Below, piece after piece: positions 1-8,331 of a stretch of DNA of 61,077 nt. Position 1 is the first letter of the stretch, and every line of letters begins with the position of its first letter. This stretch comes from an uncultured Candidatus Saccharibacteria bacterium (GTDB lineage Bacteria; Patescibacteriota; Minisyncoccia; Phycocordibacterales; UBA2100): assembly GCA_964534465.1 (NCBI GenBank), contig CAZHOB010000004.1, positions 1 to 61,077 on the forward strand, given 5' to 3'. The notes under the pieces are model-generated. The model was given only the letters and a program-made list of their open reading frames with translations. It searched no databases and had not been told where the DNA came from. A program made the position numbers and the translations under genes.

Positions 1-1
1 A

Positions 2-151
2 GAAGGCGTGGAAATGGTCATGCCGGGCGACACTGTCACCTTCAAGGTGAAGCTCGTCGCCCCTATCGCCATGGAAGAGCAAGTGCGCTTCGCCATCCGT
101 GAAGGCGGCAAGACCGTCGGCGCAGGTGTGGTGACGAAAATCGTTGCTTAA
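2..151 (+). CDS. tuf: Elongation factor Tu, C-terminal fragment (gene continues off the left edge)
   Basis: Open frame from the window edge reads [49 protein letters not shown], a canonical EF-Tu domain-3 C-terminus. Stop TAA at 149-151. Confidence 0.93.
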   Translation, partial: EGVEMVMPGDTVTFKVKLVAPIAMEEQVRFAIREGGKTVGAGVVTKIVA

Positions 152-182
152 ATCTCCAACGTTCGAACAAAGGTTCGAAAAG

Positions 183-214
183 CAAAAGTCCGCCGACAGG
201 CGGACTTTTGCTTT
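183..214 (+). terminator. Rho-independent terminator after tuf
   Basis: Hairpin caaaagtccgcc-gaca-ggcggacttttg followed by a T-rich tail. Confidence 0.7.
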
Positions 215-276
215 GAATTGACACATATTATTTCGGGTTGTATTGTGCGGCAGGCAAACAGCTCTTGGAGAAACCT

Positions 277-381
277 ATGGAAATCGTGCTCGTCGTACTC
301 GGCGTCTGTCTCGGCGTAGCCCTCACGGTCTATGCCGCCAAGAAGGTCATCGACTGGCTCAACAAGGGCGGATGGTTCTAA
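277..381 (+). CDS. 34-aa single-TM small protein (below the ORF-track cutoff)
   Basis: ATG at 277 lies 7 nt after GGAG. Reads MEIVLVVLGVCLGVALTVYAAKKVIDWLNKGGWF*. Its stop overlaps the next start as TAATG (379-383). Confidence 0.45.
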   Translation: MEIVLVVLGVCLGVALTVYAAKKVIDWLNKGGWF

Positions 382-695
382 TGCCCGTGCCTACGAGAGA
401 AATGATCAGTGTTGGAGTGATCGTGACCATTGGTGCGGTTCTCCTCTTCGTCGGATTCGTGGCGGCCTTCGTATGGATAGAATTTCTCAGGCCGGTTGCA
501 AAGCCGTTCGTGCAGTCCGAATGGAAACCGGCTTACTGCGCAGCGTTTCTTTCTCGGGACAACGTGCCACTTGCAGTCTGCAACGACAGCTTTCATCCGG
601 TTTACGATGTCGTACCTGCAGGGTATGAGGGGATGCTCAGCGGTTGTGTCATCACGAATGGGCGAGTCAGAGGATGTCATCCTTCCAAGATGTAA
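381..695 (+). CDS. Membrane-anchored small Cys-containing protein, function unknown
   Basis: Internal ATG at 381 of ORF 243..695 (MPVPTREMISVGVIVTIGAVLLFVGFVAAFVW...), coupled to the upstream mini-ORF. Has one N-terminal TM helix and a hairpin follows at 701-723. Confidence 0.5.
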   Translation: MPVPTREMISVGVIVTIGAVLLFVGFVAAFVWIEFLRPVAKPFVQSEWKPAYCAAFLSRDNVPLAVCNDSFHPVYDVVPAGYEGMLSGCVITNGRVRGCHPSKM

Positions 696-700
696 ATTTT

Positions 701-723
701 AGGCCCCGGATATCCCGGGGCCT
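701..723 (+). terminator. GC hairpin (aggccccgg-atatc-ccggggcct)
   Basis: Perfect 9-bp stem immediately after the stop at 695. Confidence 0.5.
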
Positions 724-750
724 CTTCTATGCGTGAGCAAATGTCTACAG

Positions 751-850
751 GCGGGCAAGACCGTCGGCGCAGGAGTAGTAACGAAAATCGTCGCGTAATT
801 TTCGGAAAAAGTTCCGAATCGCAAAAGACCCCGAAAGGGTCTTTTGCTTT
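751..850 (+). repeat. Orphan copy of the tuf 3' end plus its 3'-UTR/terminator module (copy 2)
   Basis: ggcaagaccgtcggcgcagg is identical to 108-127. The remnant encodes [14 protein letters not shown], the same peptide as the tuf tail with synonymous changes. It is followed by a small hairpin and a terminator (aaaagaccc-cgaaa-gggtctttt, 823-845), as after tuf. Confidence 0.8.
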
Positions 851-888
851 ACAGCAGCTCGACTTAAGTTTGGCGCTGTAGTACAAAT

Positions 889-1110
889 GTGTCAGACATG
901 GAGGCAGAAATGATATCGAGAAAAATAGTCGGGCATTCGTGGGGCCCACTCGATCTTCGCGTTGACACGTATGAAATGCCCTTCGACCCTTACGGGTTAC
1001 CCAAGCTCATCATGGAACCGTTATCGCCCAAAGAGGCAGCGCAATTCGATAGGGCATGCAAGCAGCTCCGTATCGGAGTCGGCAATCACTCCAAAAAAAC
1101 AGTTGTATAG
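889..1110 (+). CDS. Hypothetical protein (73 aa)
   Basis: ORF followed by a clean terminator at 1126-1150. No recognisable motif. Confidence 0.4.
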   Translation: MSDMEAEMISRKIVGHSWGPLDLRVDTYEMPFDPYGLPKLIMEPLSPKEAAQFDRACKQLRIGVGNHSKKTVV

Positions 1111-1125
1111 GGTGTTCGTGCTTTC

Positions 1126-1150
1126 AAACCCCGCCAAAAGGCGGGGTTTT
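1126..1150 (+). terminator. Rho-independent terminator
   Basis: aaaccccgcc-aaaa-ggcggggttt followed by T residues. Confidence 0.65.
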
Positions 1151-1186
1151 GCTATACTGCGCCCTTATTCTAGACAGAACGATCAT

Positions 1187-1522
1187 ATGAAAAAGTTCTT
1201 GGTGTTGTACAGGATGGACATGGATGCGATGAGGAAGATGATGGAGACGTCGAGCGCTGAGGATAGGAAGAAGGGAATGGCAGAGTGGGGCATGTGGATG
1301 AAGAAGAATGCGGCGAGCTTTGCCGATATGGGTGGCCCGACGGGCAAGAACACGGAGATAAGCCCGAGCGGCGCCGTGCAAAAGAGCAACGACATCGGCG
1401 GCTACTCGATAGTGCAGGCCGAGAGCTTGGAGGCCGCGAGCGCTATGCTCAAAGACAGCCCGCACCTCCAGATGCCCGGAGCCGTCGTCGACCTAGCCGA
1501 AATCGTCGCGATGGGCGCATAA
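1187..1522 (+). CDS. Hypothetical small cytoplasmic protein (111 aa)
   Basis: Internal ATG at 1187 of ORF 962..1522 (MKKFLVLYRMDMDAMRKMMETSSAEDRKKGMAEW...), downstream of the terminator at 1126-1150. Its last codons and 3' flank reuse the tuf-tail module. Confidence 0.6.
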   Translation: MKKFLVLYRMDMDAMRKMMETSSAEDRKKGMAEWGMWMKKNAASFADMGGPTGKNTEISPSGAVQKSNDIGGYSIVQAESLEAASAMLKDSPHLQMPGAVVDLAEIVAMGA

Positions 1523-1575
1523 TTTTCCGAAAAAGTTCCGAATCGCAAAACCCTGCCAGGTGGTGGGGTTTTGAC
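1499..1575 (+). repeat. Third copy of the tuf-tail/3'-UTR module
   Basis: gaaatcgtcgcg ... taattttccgaaaaagttccgaatcgcaaaa matches 786-828 with one mismatch after the stop. A terminator-like hairpin follows (aaaaccc...ggggtttt). Confidence 0.75.
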
Positions 1576-1665
1576 GTCCGTTCCTATTCATGTAGAATCC
1601 CCCTACTGTTATCCACCCAGCGCTTCATATTAGTTTCGAATCAACTAGTACAATAATGAAACACC

Positions 1666-1869
1666 ATGCATAGGGACGCTTTTTTTAGATTTTTTGCAAA
1701 TTTACCCATTCCTGTTAGACGAGAAGTCATTCTCGACTTGGGGGAAAAGGGTCCGATTACGTGGGAGGTCGCATATAGAGAGATAAAGGCTGATACGGAG
1801 TTGGGCAAAGAAATCCTTGCTAAACTTATTGAACTGGGCTTTATTCCTCTTGAGGAGGGCGAAAAATAA
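1666..1869 (+). CDS. Hypothetical small protein (67 aa), first gene of a low-GC cassette
   Basis: ORF in an AT-rich segment. Its stop lies 1 nt before the next start. Confidence 0.5.
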   Translation: MHRDAFFRFFANLPIPVRREVILDLGEKGPITWEVAYREIKADTELGKEILAKLIELGFIPLEEGEK

Positions 1870-1870
1870 T

Positions 1871-2089
1871 ATGAACGAAAAAGAAATTCCACAGGATGTT
1901 ATTAATTTGGTGATAGCTCGACTACAGACAATCCCGTCGAACGTCTCCGTTTCTATTGGTAACGATGGTAGTTTCACGATAAATCAACTCATTGAGCGAA
2001 TACGGAACCAAGACGAAATTGGTAAAAAAATGGTGGAAATGCAACTCGCATATATCAGGTCGTGGGGAAAACCGCCCGTAGCCGCCTAA
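1871..2089 (+). CDS. Hypothetical small protein (72 aa), second gene of the low-GC cassette
   Basis: ATG at 1871 (MNEKEIPQDVINLVIARLQ...), packed between its two neighbours. Confidence 0.5.
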   Translation: MNEKEIPQDVINLVIARLQTIPSNVSVSIGNDGSFTINQLIERIRNQDEIGKKMVEMQLAYIRSWGKPPVAA

Positions 2090-2092
2090 ATC

Positions 2093-2713
2093 ATGGGCCT
2101 GTTGATAACAAGACCAAAGCATGATGCCGCGACGCATTATCTTTTTCATTGGTCTACCGAAATCGTGGACAATGCTAATGAAAAAGGTTTGCGCACAACC
2201 GATTTACAAAAAAACAAGGCAAATAAGAGAGATTTTCAGAGCTATCTCAAGAAAAACGTTCATGACATTGTGATAATCAACGGTCATGGCGATGCGTCAT
2301 CTGCATGTGGAGAGGACAATGAAGAGTTGCTTTCTGTGGGCGATGGTGATGATCTTTTCAAGAACAAAAAAGTCTTTATACGCGCATGCGATTGCGGTGC
2401 AGTTTTGGGACCTAAATTAGTTGAAAAAGGAGCAAAGGGTTTTATTGGCTACGCACAGCCATACATTTTTTTGACAGATAAAGATTCCGTTCACGAGCCA
2501 TTGAAAGATGAGCTAGCCAGCCCTGTGCTCGACTGCTCAAATCAAGTTGCCCGATCTTTATTAAAAGGGAAATCGATACAGGAGGCGCACGAAGATAGCT
2601 TGAGAATGTATCAAGAAAAAATTGATCAGCTCTCGACCAGTAATTCCGCAAAAACCTATCTTTTGCCTTTTTTGAATTGGAACAGAGCGTTTCAGGTAGC
2701 TATAGGGTCTTAA
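2093..2713 (+). CDS. Caspase-fold (clan CD)-like protein with a His/Cys dyad
   Basis: IVIINGHGD, then the Cys of VFIRACDCG 34 residues after the His. This is the order and spacing expected of caspase/CHAT/gingipain-type His-Gly ... Ala-Cys dyads. Assignment is by motif only. Confidence 0.5.
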   Translation: MGLLITRPKHDAATHYLFHWSTEIVDNANEKGLRTTDLQKNKANKRDFQSYLKKNVHDIVIINGHGDASSACGEDNEELLSVGDGDDLFKNKKVFIRACDCGAVLGPKLVEKGAKGFIGYAQPYIFLTDKDSVHEPLKDELASPVLDCSNQVARSLLKGKSIQEAHEDSLRMYQEKIDQLSTSNSAKTYLLPFLNWNRAFQVAIGS

Positions 2714-3135
2714 CCAAGTAAATATACAGACGGCATCAGGTAACAGTCGTAGTGCTAGACTGTGCGAATGGGGCAATCTGTCTTCGGCCTAATGCTAATG
2801 GTGCTATCCTCGTTTCCATTGTTTAAGCCTCGTCTTTACTGGCGCGTGGCAAAATTTTTATCGTTCGGGTTATATATCGCTCCGTCATCCTATCTTGGCG
2901 GCGAGGATTGCGCCTGGGTAAAATTATCGGGATTTCTGGGTTTCCTGTGCGGTTTTGCGCTCCTCGTACATTTGATTGTGTTGGGGTAGAAAAGGTGTCG
3001 GAAAAAAGTGTCACGCACCGTGTTTGATGTACTTTTGAGATGAATCCTTTGCTTAGGTTGCCGCCGCCGGGGTGGTTTTTGCTTTTTGTGGGGCTGGGGA
3101 TTTTGCGGGGGACGGGGAGCTTAAGTGGATACGCC

Positions 3136-3160
3136 ACTAACGCAACTAAGTTGCGTTAGT
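3136..3160. repeat. Perfect 11-bp palindrome (actaacgcaac-taa-gttgcgttagt)
   Basis: Read directly from the sequence, about 80 nt upstream of the 3242 gene. Possible operator or hairpin. Confidence 0.5.
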
Positions 3161-3241
3161 TGGAAAAGAAAAGGCCTCGCGGTGCGAAGTTGAAAAATTC
3201 GAGGGGTGATGTAGAGTCTTCGCAGGAAAAGGAGAAGTTCG

Positions 3242-3505
3242 ATGAACAGCAAAATAGCCGGCATTATTGCAATGAGCTTTGTGGTTGCCGTAGTTGTAGG
3301 TGCTCTGGCGTTCGTATTTTGGATCGTCAATAAAGAATTCACGTGCGCCCCAGTGCCTGTAGGTGAGCGCATGTACAGGTTCACATGCCACAGCGGCGAA
3401 GACGCTGCCCAAGCGGTGCGTGCGTTTGAAAAAGCAAACAATGTGCACGTGGAATACATCATTCCGCACGGGCGGAGCAGCATTATCGTTAGCGTGAAGC
3501 CGTAA
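3242..3505 (+). CDS. Small membrane-anchored C-x(n)-C protein, family member 1 of 4
   Basis: AAGGAG lies 7 nt upstream of the ATG. N-terminal TM helix, then CAPVPVGERMYRFTC ... IIVSVKP. Same architecture as the genes at 47587, 47937 and 48701. Confidence 0.6.
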   Translation: MNSKIAGIIAMSFVVAVVVGALAFVFWIVNKEFTCAPVPVGERMYRFTCHSGEDAAQAVRAFEKANNVHVEYIIPHGRSSIIVSVKP

Positions 3506-3528
3506 CAAGAAGTTCTAAGAATATGTGA

Positions 3529-3552
3529 GCGGCCACACCGTGGCCGCTTTTC
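3529..3552 (+). terminator. Rho-independent terminator
   Basis: gcggcca-cacc(g)-tggccgc followed by TTTT. Confidence 0.6.
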
Positions 3553-3672
3553 TGTAGGTATCTGCCGGTGACTCTATTGCAAGAACACAGCGGGGTCAAT
3601 CTCACATGTAAGCTGGTTTTGACGTGCATTAAATCATGTGTATGCTGTCGGGAGCAACAGGAGGAATGTTCC

Positions 3673-4143
3673 ATGGATATCAACACGTTGAGTTCCCGCG
3701 TGCTCGGCGGAGTCATCTGGCTTCTTTTTCCGCTACTTCTCGTCAATCTCGCGCTCACGCCTTGGTCCGGGTATGGAATGCCCCTCTCGGATGTAGTGGT
3801 CACGGGCGGCATGTTCTTCGGCGCTTTTATCTTTCTCACGCTGGTCAGCAACAGCCAAGCTGAAAGTCACGAGCATAAGGAGAGTGTCGCATTGGGACCT
3901 GTCACCGTGAACGTATCCGCGAAAAGCAGCGGTCGCCTCAACTTCGCGTACATATTCTACACAGCGATCTTCGTTGTCTTAACTGTGGTTGTGGGATGGA
4001 CCGTGTATCAGAAGTATCTTCTGATCACCACGGGTCATGCGTCGATCAGGCCCGATATGTTCCTCGTCATCGACTGCTACGCGATCTTTCTCATCGGCCA
4101 GAACATTTTCGATCACATCAGAAAAAAGCGCGCACGCGCGTAG
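3673..4143 (+). CDS. Integral membrane protein, function unknown
   Basis: Internal ATG at 3673 preceded by AGGAGG (MDINTLSSRVLGGVIWLLFPLLLV...). Several hydrophobic segments. Confidence 0.5.
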   Translation: MDINTLSSRVLGGVIWLLFPLLLVNLALTPWSGYGMPLSDVVVTGGMFFGAFIFLTLVSNSQAESHEHKESVALGPVTVNVSAKSSGRLNFAYIFYTAIFVVLTVVVGWTVYQKYLLITTGHASIRPDMFLVIDCYAIFLIGQNIFDHIRKKRARA

Positions 4144-4217
4144 TGCCAAAGCCGCCTCCATGGCGGCTTTTCCTTTGGTCATTGCGGGGTGGGGAGGCGG
4201 GTGTACCATTCACCTCT

Positions 4218-4896
4218 ATGGATCCGCTCTACAAGAAGGCAATTTTGCAGGGCGTGGTGGGGATGGCTGTTTTTGTCGCTTTCATTTTCTTGCCTGCAGG
4301 CACATGGAATTATTGGCAGGGTTGGCTCTACCTCGCGGTTTTTTTCCGTCACTACTATAGGTATGACCGCCTATCTTGCCATGTACGACAGACCGCTTAT
4401 GGAGCGCCGCATGCAGGCAGGGCCGCAGCATGAGAAGGAATGGGCGCAAAAGATAATCGTCTCGCTCATTATCCTGACATTTTTTGGCGTTATTGTTCTC
4501 TCCTCGTTCGACTACCGATTTCATCTCTCTCCGGTGCCGGCGTATGTGTCTGTGATAGCGGAAGTTCTCATCGTGCTGGCGTTCCTCTTTATTTTCTGGG
4601 TAATGAAGGTCAATAGCTATGCCGCCGCCAACGTCCGCGTCGAGGCAGATCACGAGATCATCGACACAGGCCCGTACGCATACGTGCGCCATCCGATGTA
4701 CGCCGGCGCGCTCTGGCTTTTCGTCGGCATGCCGCTCGCGCTTGGCGCATGGTGGCCGCTCGGTCTCATCGTCATTGTTCTGCCAGTACTTTTCTGGCGC
4801 CTGCTTGATGAGGAAAAAATATTGCGCCGCGACCTTGCCGGCTATACCGAGTACACGCAGAAAGTGCGCTATCGCCTCATTCCGTACGTTTGGTAA
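4218..4896 (+). pseudogene. ICMT/phospholipid-methyltransferase-family membrane methyltransferase, reading frame broken at a T7 run
   Basis: The N-terminus MDPLYKKAILQGVVGMAVFVAFIFLPAGTWNYWQGWLYLAVFF is in frame 0. The remainder SVTTIGMTAYLAMYDRPLMERRMQAGPQHEKE...GPYAYVRHPMYAGALWLFVGMPLALG is in frame +1. The switch is at ttttttt, 4339-4345. This could be an assembly error rather than a true pseudogene. Confidence 0.75.
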
Positions 4897-4935
4897 ATAG
4901 AAAAAGGCCGCGCCTTGGCGCAGCCTTTGACGAAA

Positions 4936-5388
4936 TTACGCTCTACGGATCCTCACCTGATATACGCCCCATTGGGCCATCTCGGTGACTCCGACGTACA
5001 GAACGAATAAGGGCAAGAAGGTAAAGACGGTCACGCCTATGATGCCGACCAATCCTCCTGCCAGCACACCCAGTGCTATGCCAGTGCAGAGCGCAGCGGT
5101 TGCGAGAGCCCTGAAGTGGCTCCGGATGTCGGCAGACGCGGAAGTCTCAAAGAGCCGGGGATGTTTCCTATGCACTGATTCGAGTATCCATTCCAAGAAT
5201 ATCTCGACAAGGCGAAGCAGTGGGAGAGCAAGCGCGCATACTATGATGCTTACGACAAACGCCTTGCCAAAGCCGGCGCCTGTCCATGTGAGCCAGAAGC
5301 AGAGCGCGGGTGCTGAGAATAGCGTTAATGTGGAAAGCCAGTCGTGCAGTGCAGAGGCAGCACTGCTCGGTCTCCAGGTGGGTTCCAT
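4936..5388 (-). CDS. Integral membrane protein, function unknown
   Basis: AAGGAG lies 7 nt upstream of the ATG on the minus strand. Multiple hydrophobic helices. Confidence 0.5.
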   Translation of the reverse strand: MEPTWRPSSAASALHDWLSTLTLFSAPALCFWLTWTGAGFGKAFVVSIIVCALALPLLRLVEIFLEWILESVHRKHPRLFETSASADIRSHFRALATAALCTGIALGVLAGGLVGIIGVTVFTFLPLFVLYVGVTEMAQWGVYQVRIRRA

Positions 5389-5494
5389 CGATCTTCTCCT
5401 TTCTGCGAGAAGTTATATACGAAGCACGTTTTTTGTCTAGGCATGGACAAGATCGAAGAAAAGCCCCGGCCGTGTAGCCGGGGCTTTACGATTT

Positions 5495-5998
5495 CTATTT
5501 TGCTTTTTGGCGGGGGACCATGCTGACGGTGAAGCCTACGACGCCGATTTTATCGAACGTCCTTCGGGCAACACCGCTTTTCAAAATGGCTTCAAACCAG
5601 AATTCGGGAAAAGCGCCATTGAAAGCAAGTGCGACCTTGTCTTCGTTGGCTTCCCACTCGACTCTCGAGCGGCTACTTTCCATGAGGGCTACGACTTCCT
5701 CGGGCGTCATGGTTGGGCGCGCCGGCGTCGAAACCGAAACGGGTGCAAAGCGGGCTTTTTCGCTTCGGATGTGATCGAAGAGCGACTTTTCGGGTCCATT
5801 GATAGCGAGCGCCGTCCCCATGGAATTAAATGCCTCGAAAAGCTCATCGTGAAGCTCACGAATTTCCATTCGCTCTGTGAGCACCACGAGTTCCTCGAGT
5901 CGCGTGTACAGCTGGTTCCTGTCTCTTCCACACGTGCCCGCGTCGACCCTCATTTTCTGAAGTGAAGCGAGCAAAGCTTTTTCGGCCGTCAGTGACAT
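5495..5998 (-). CDS. Hypothetical protein
   Basis: Start chosen at MSLTAEK, where GGAGG lies 5 nt upstream. Terminator hairpin at 5458-5490 on the downstream side. Confidence 0.55.
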   Translation of the reverse strand: MSLTAEKALLASLQKMRVDAGTCGRDRNQLYTRLEELVVLTERMEIRELHDELFEAFNSMGTALAINGPEKSLFDHIRSEKARFAPVSVSTPARPTMTPEEVVALMESSRSRVEWEANEDKVALAFNGAFPEFWFEAILKSGVARRTFDKIGVVGFTVSMVPRQKAK

Positions 5999-6118
5999 GT
6001 CATCCTCCACCGTGGATTTTCTGGCCTCATACTATCACTTTGTAGGAATAGGAATACCTAATTGCCCCTTCATGTGCACCGGAGTAGCGTGCTGGCAGAA
6101 CAACAGTGGAGGCTCGCA

Positions 6119-6253
6119 ATGGACAAACTCCTCCGTTTTTATGTCACCATAGCGGTGTTCGCGATCTTGATCGCTGTGATCGCCACGATCGCGCGCAAGG
6201 GCTCACGCAAAAAGCCTCAGCAGCAGCCTCCGAAACAAGCGAGGCTTCTATAG
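6119..6253 (+). CDS. 44-aa single-TM protein with a basic Gln/Pro/Lys tail
   Basis: GGAGG upstream of the ATG at 6119 (MDKLLRFYVTIAVFAILIAVIATIARKGSRKKPQQQPPKQARLL). Terminator at 6259-6286. Confidence 0.4.
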   Translation: MDKLLRFYVTIAVFAILIAVIATIARKGSRKKPQQQPPKQARLL

Positions 6254-6359
6254 ATTCAAAAGGCCCCCAAAAAGGGCCTTTTTGCTGCATCTCTTACTGT
6301 TCCGTTCGTGAAAAAAGGAAAAAGGCCGCGGGTTGTGCGGCCTTGAGAGCGAATGTGCA

Positions 6360-6542
6360 TTATGGCGGGTACCATGCAGCGGAAATGCCCGTCCATGGAT
6401 CGGGAAGCCATGCTTCGTCCCTTGTGTTCTCTGGCTTCACGTGCGGACACGAGGCGCAGGGGTTGTTGGTCCCGTGCAGTCCTATTTCGTCGCCGCCCTT
6501 CGGGCAGCCAGCATCACAATTGACCATCTTCAACCTCTCCAT
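6360..6542 (-). CDS. Small Cys-containing protein (55-60 aa; start could also be 6527)
   Basis: (MERLK)MVNCDAGCPKGGDEIGLHGTNNPCASCPHVKPENTRDEAWLPDPWTGISAAWYPP. GGAGAGG precedes the second Met. Terminator at 6318-6345 on the downstream side. Confidence 0.35.
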   Translation of the reverse strand: MERLKMVNCDAGCPKGGDEIGLHGTNNPCASCPHVKPENTRDEAWLPDPWTGISAAWYPP

Positions 6543-6643
6543 GACGGTTTCGGTGCTCTTTGAGCAGAATATGTACTGGGATGCGATTGTCAATTGAGAA
6601 AAACTTTTGCTTTAGGGTGCCTAAGAGAGTACAGTGCACTTGT

Positions 6644-7180
6644 ATGGCGTCATTCATCGCCACAGTGCTTATATCGGCCGCCGCCGGCTCGCTCGTTACT
6701 TTTGTCCTGATGCGGCGGAAGGAGAGGGCGCTCCGCGAGAGAGCAGAGGAGCGTTTGGCCTTTGAGAAGCTCTACGGCAACCTCTCGTACCACCTGCTCG
6801 CGATGAAGGTGCTCAATATCAAACGGGCAGAACTGCTGCGCGGACTATCGAGCGAGCCGGCGGATACTTTTGCTAAGAAGTGGATCACCCATGCCGAGAA
6901 AATAGCCAACCTTCTCGAAGAGCAGTTCGCCTTTATCAAGAAAGAACACCTCGGTCTTGTCGAACGCTTTATGAATGCTTGGCGCGATAGAAATGCAGTG
7001 CCCAAGATCGAGCAAATGTTCGACACTGTGGGCGTGCTGCAAGTGGAGGTGCTGAAGCGCAAGAATAGACAGCAGGGCCTTAATTTCAAAGACTTTGAAC
7101 TGCGGCAATTTTTGCTCTCCGTCGTCCTTGCGTCTCTTTTTATACTCGTGTACGTAGCTTTCGCCATGATTTTTGGCTGA
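6644..7180 (+). CDS. Hypothetical protein with N- and C-terminal TM helices
   Basis: Internal ATG at 6644 (MASFIATVLISAAAGSLVTFVLMRRKE...). The central part looks like coiled coil. Confidence 0.5.
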   Translation: MASFIATVLISAAAGSLVTFVLMRRKERALRERAEERLAFEKLYGNLSYHLLAMKVLNIKRAELLRGLSSEPADTFAKKWITHAEKIANLLEEQFAFIKKEHLGLVERFMNAWRDRNAVPKIEQMFDTVGVLQVEVLKRKNRQQGLNFKDFELRQFLLSVVLASLFILVYVAFAMIFG

Positions 7181-7272
7181 AATCATCCTCTTTTGGATGC
7201 GTTCACTACTGCGTGGGTTGGTAGCGTCGACAAAGAAAAACCCGCGCGGCGTGAGCCGCGCGGGATAAGAGC

Positions 7273-8082
7273 TTAGCTTACGACACACAGAATATCCGCA
7301 TTGTGCCATTTAAGGTCCTCAACACATGCCTTTTGGTCAAGCGTGAGCCTTTGAATTGGACCCGCTCCGCCCCCGAGTTGCCAATAACGCAAAAGCTCCA
7401 GTGGCCCGTATTGCCATTGACCGCGTTCGCCCTCAATTGTGATGGGCCGGCCGTTGGCGGCTTTGCGATGGTACTTGGTCAATAAGGCGACGAAATGCTC
7501 GATCTTCGCCGGTCGAAGGCCAAGCCGGTGCAGCAGCTCAATATCTCTGCGTGCATTGGTAACGGGCCTCGAAAATCGAACCGTTTGAAGCAAGAACTTT
7601 TGGATCCGTGAAGATCTTGTCGGCGGATACTTTGCAGCCCATGCCTCGAGTAGGTTGAATTCGAGAGCTGACCAATTGGTATCGCGCCACCATTTTCTGG
7701 ATACGGCTTCACGGAGGCCATTGAGCATCGCATCGAACGTAAGATCGTGGTTGATCTCAACTTCCCAAGATTTCCTCGTAAAGAGATCTTTGAAAACAGC
7801 GCCGTGCACACCTTCGGTGTTCGCAGTGTTTGCAGCAGGATCGAGCACGTCCCGCAACATCCTCGATTCGATCGCGTTCGATAAGCATCCTGCATCGAAC
7901 ACTGCATCGGGCATAAACTCTCTCAAGATCTCGGTCGCCCGCTTCAGCTGAACGTTTCTATGTTCCGAAGCGGGATACCCGCTGCCGCAATCGCTATCCA
8001 TTGTCGTCACTCCATTTTCCGAATGCAGCGCCCGCGTACGGGATGCATACGTGCGTATGGTCGAATTGCTCGCCATAGCCAT
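7273..8082 (-). CDS. Hypothetical protein (269 aa)
   Basis: Long ORF. A bidirectional GC hairpin at 7241-7264 lies downstream. No motif recognised. Confidence 0.55.
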   Translation of the reverse strand: MAMASNSTIRTYASRTRALHSENGVTTMDSDCGSGYPASEHRNVQLKRATEILREFMPDAVFDAGCLSNAIESRMLRDVLDPAANTANTEGVHGAVFKDLFTRKSWEVEINHDLTFDAMLNGLREAVSRKWWRDTNWSALEFNLLEAWAAKYPPTRSSRIQKFLLQTVRFSRPVTNARRDIELLHRLGLRPAKIEHFVALLTKYHRKAANGRPITIEGERGQWQYGPLELLRYWQLGGGAGPIQRLTLDQKACVEDLKWHNADILCVVS

Positions 8083-8331
8083 AAAAGGCCGATAATTCAG
8101 CCTCTCGTGGCTATGGCGAAACCGCGTTCTCTATTCCTGTCGGCATCCTACCAAAGACAACCAGCCGCCGCCAATCGTTTGCCCAACATCGTCGTTCTCC
8201 TTGTTGCCCGGCACCTATCGCAGCGGGGGACAGAAAAACGCGCCAGCCAGGCCAACATTTGGCAAAAAAGGGAGGGCGGTGTACTGTCTCGGAGGAAACA
8301 GAGTGTCGTCCAATGATCTACGGAGAGAAGG

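Noticed and set aside
2762-2989. 75-aa hydrophobic ORF with a GTG start downstream of the caspase-like gene
   Set aside because: It has no SD, -10 box or terminator, and it starts at a non-ATG codon in a region of shifting composition. There is not enough support to call a gene.
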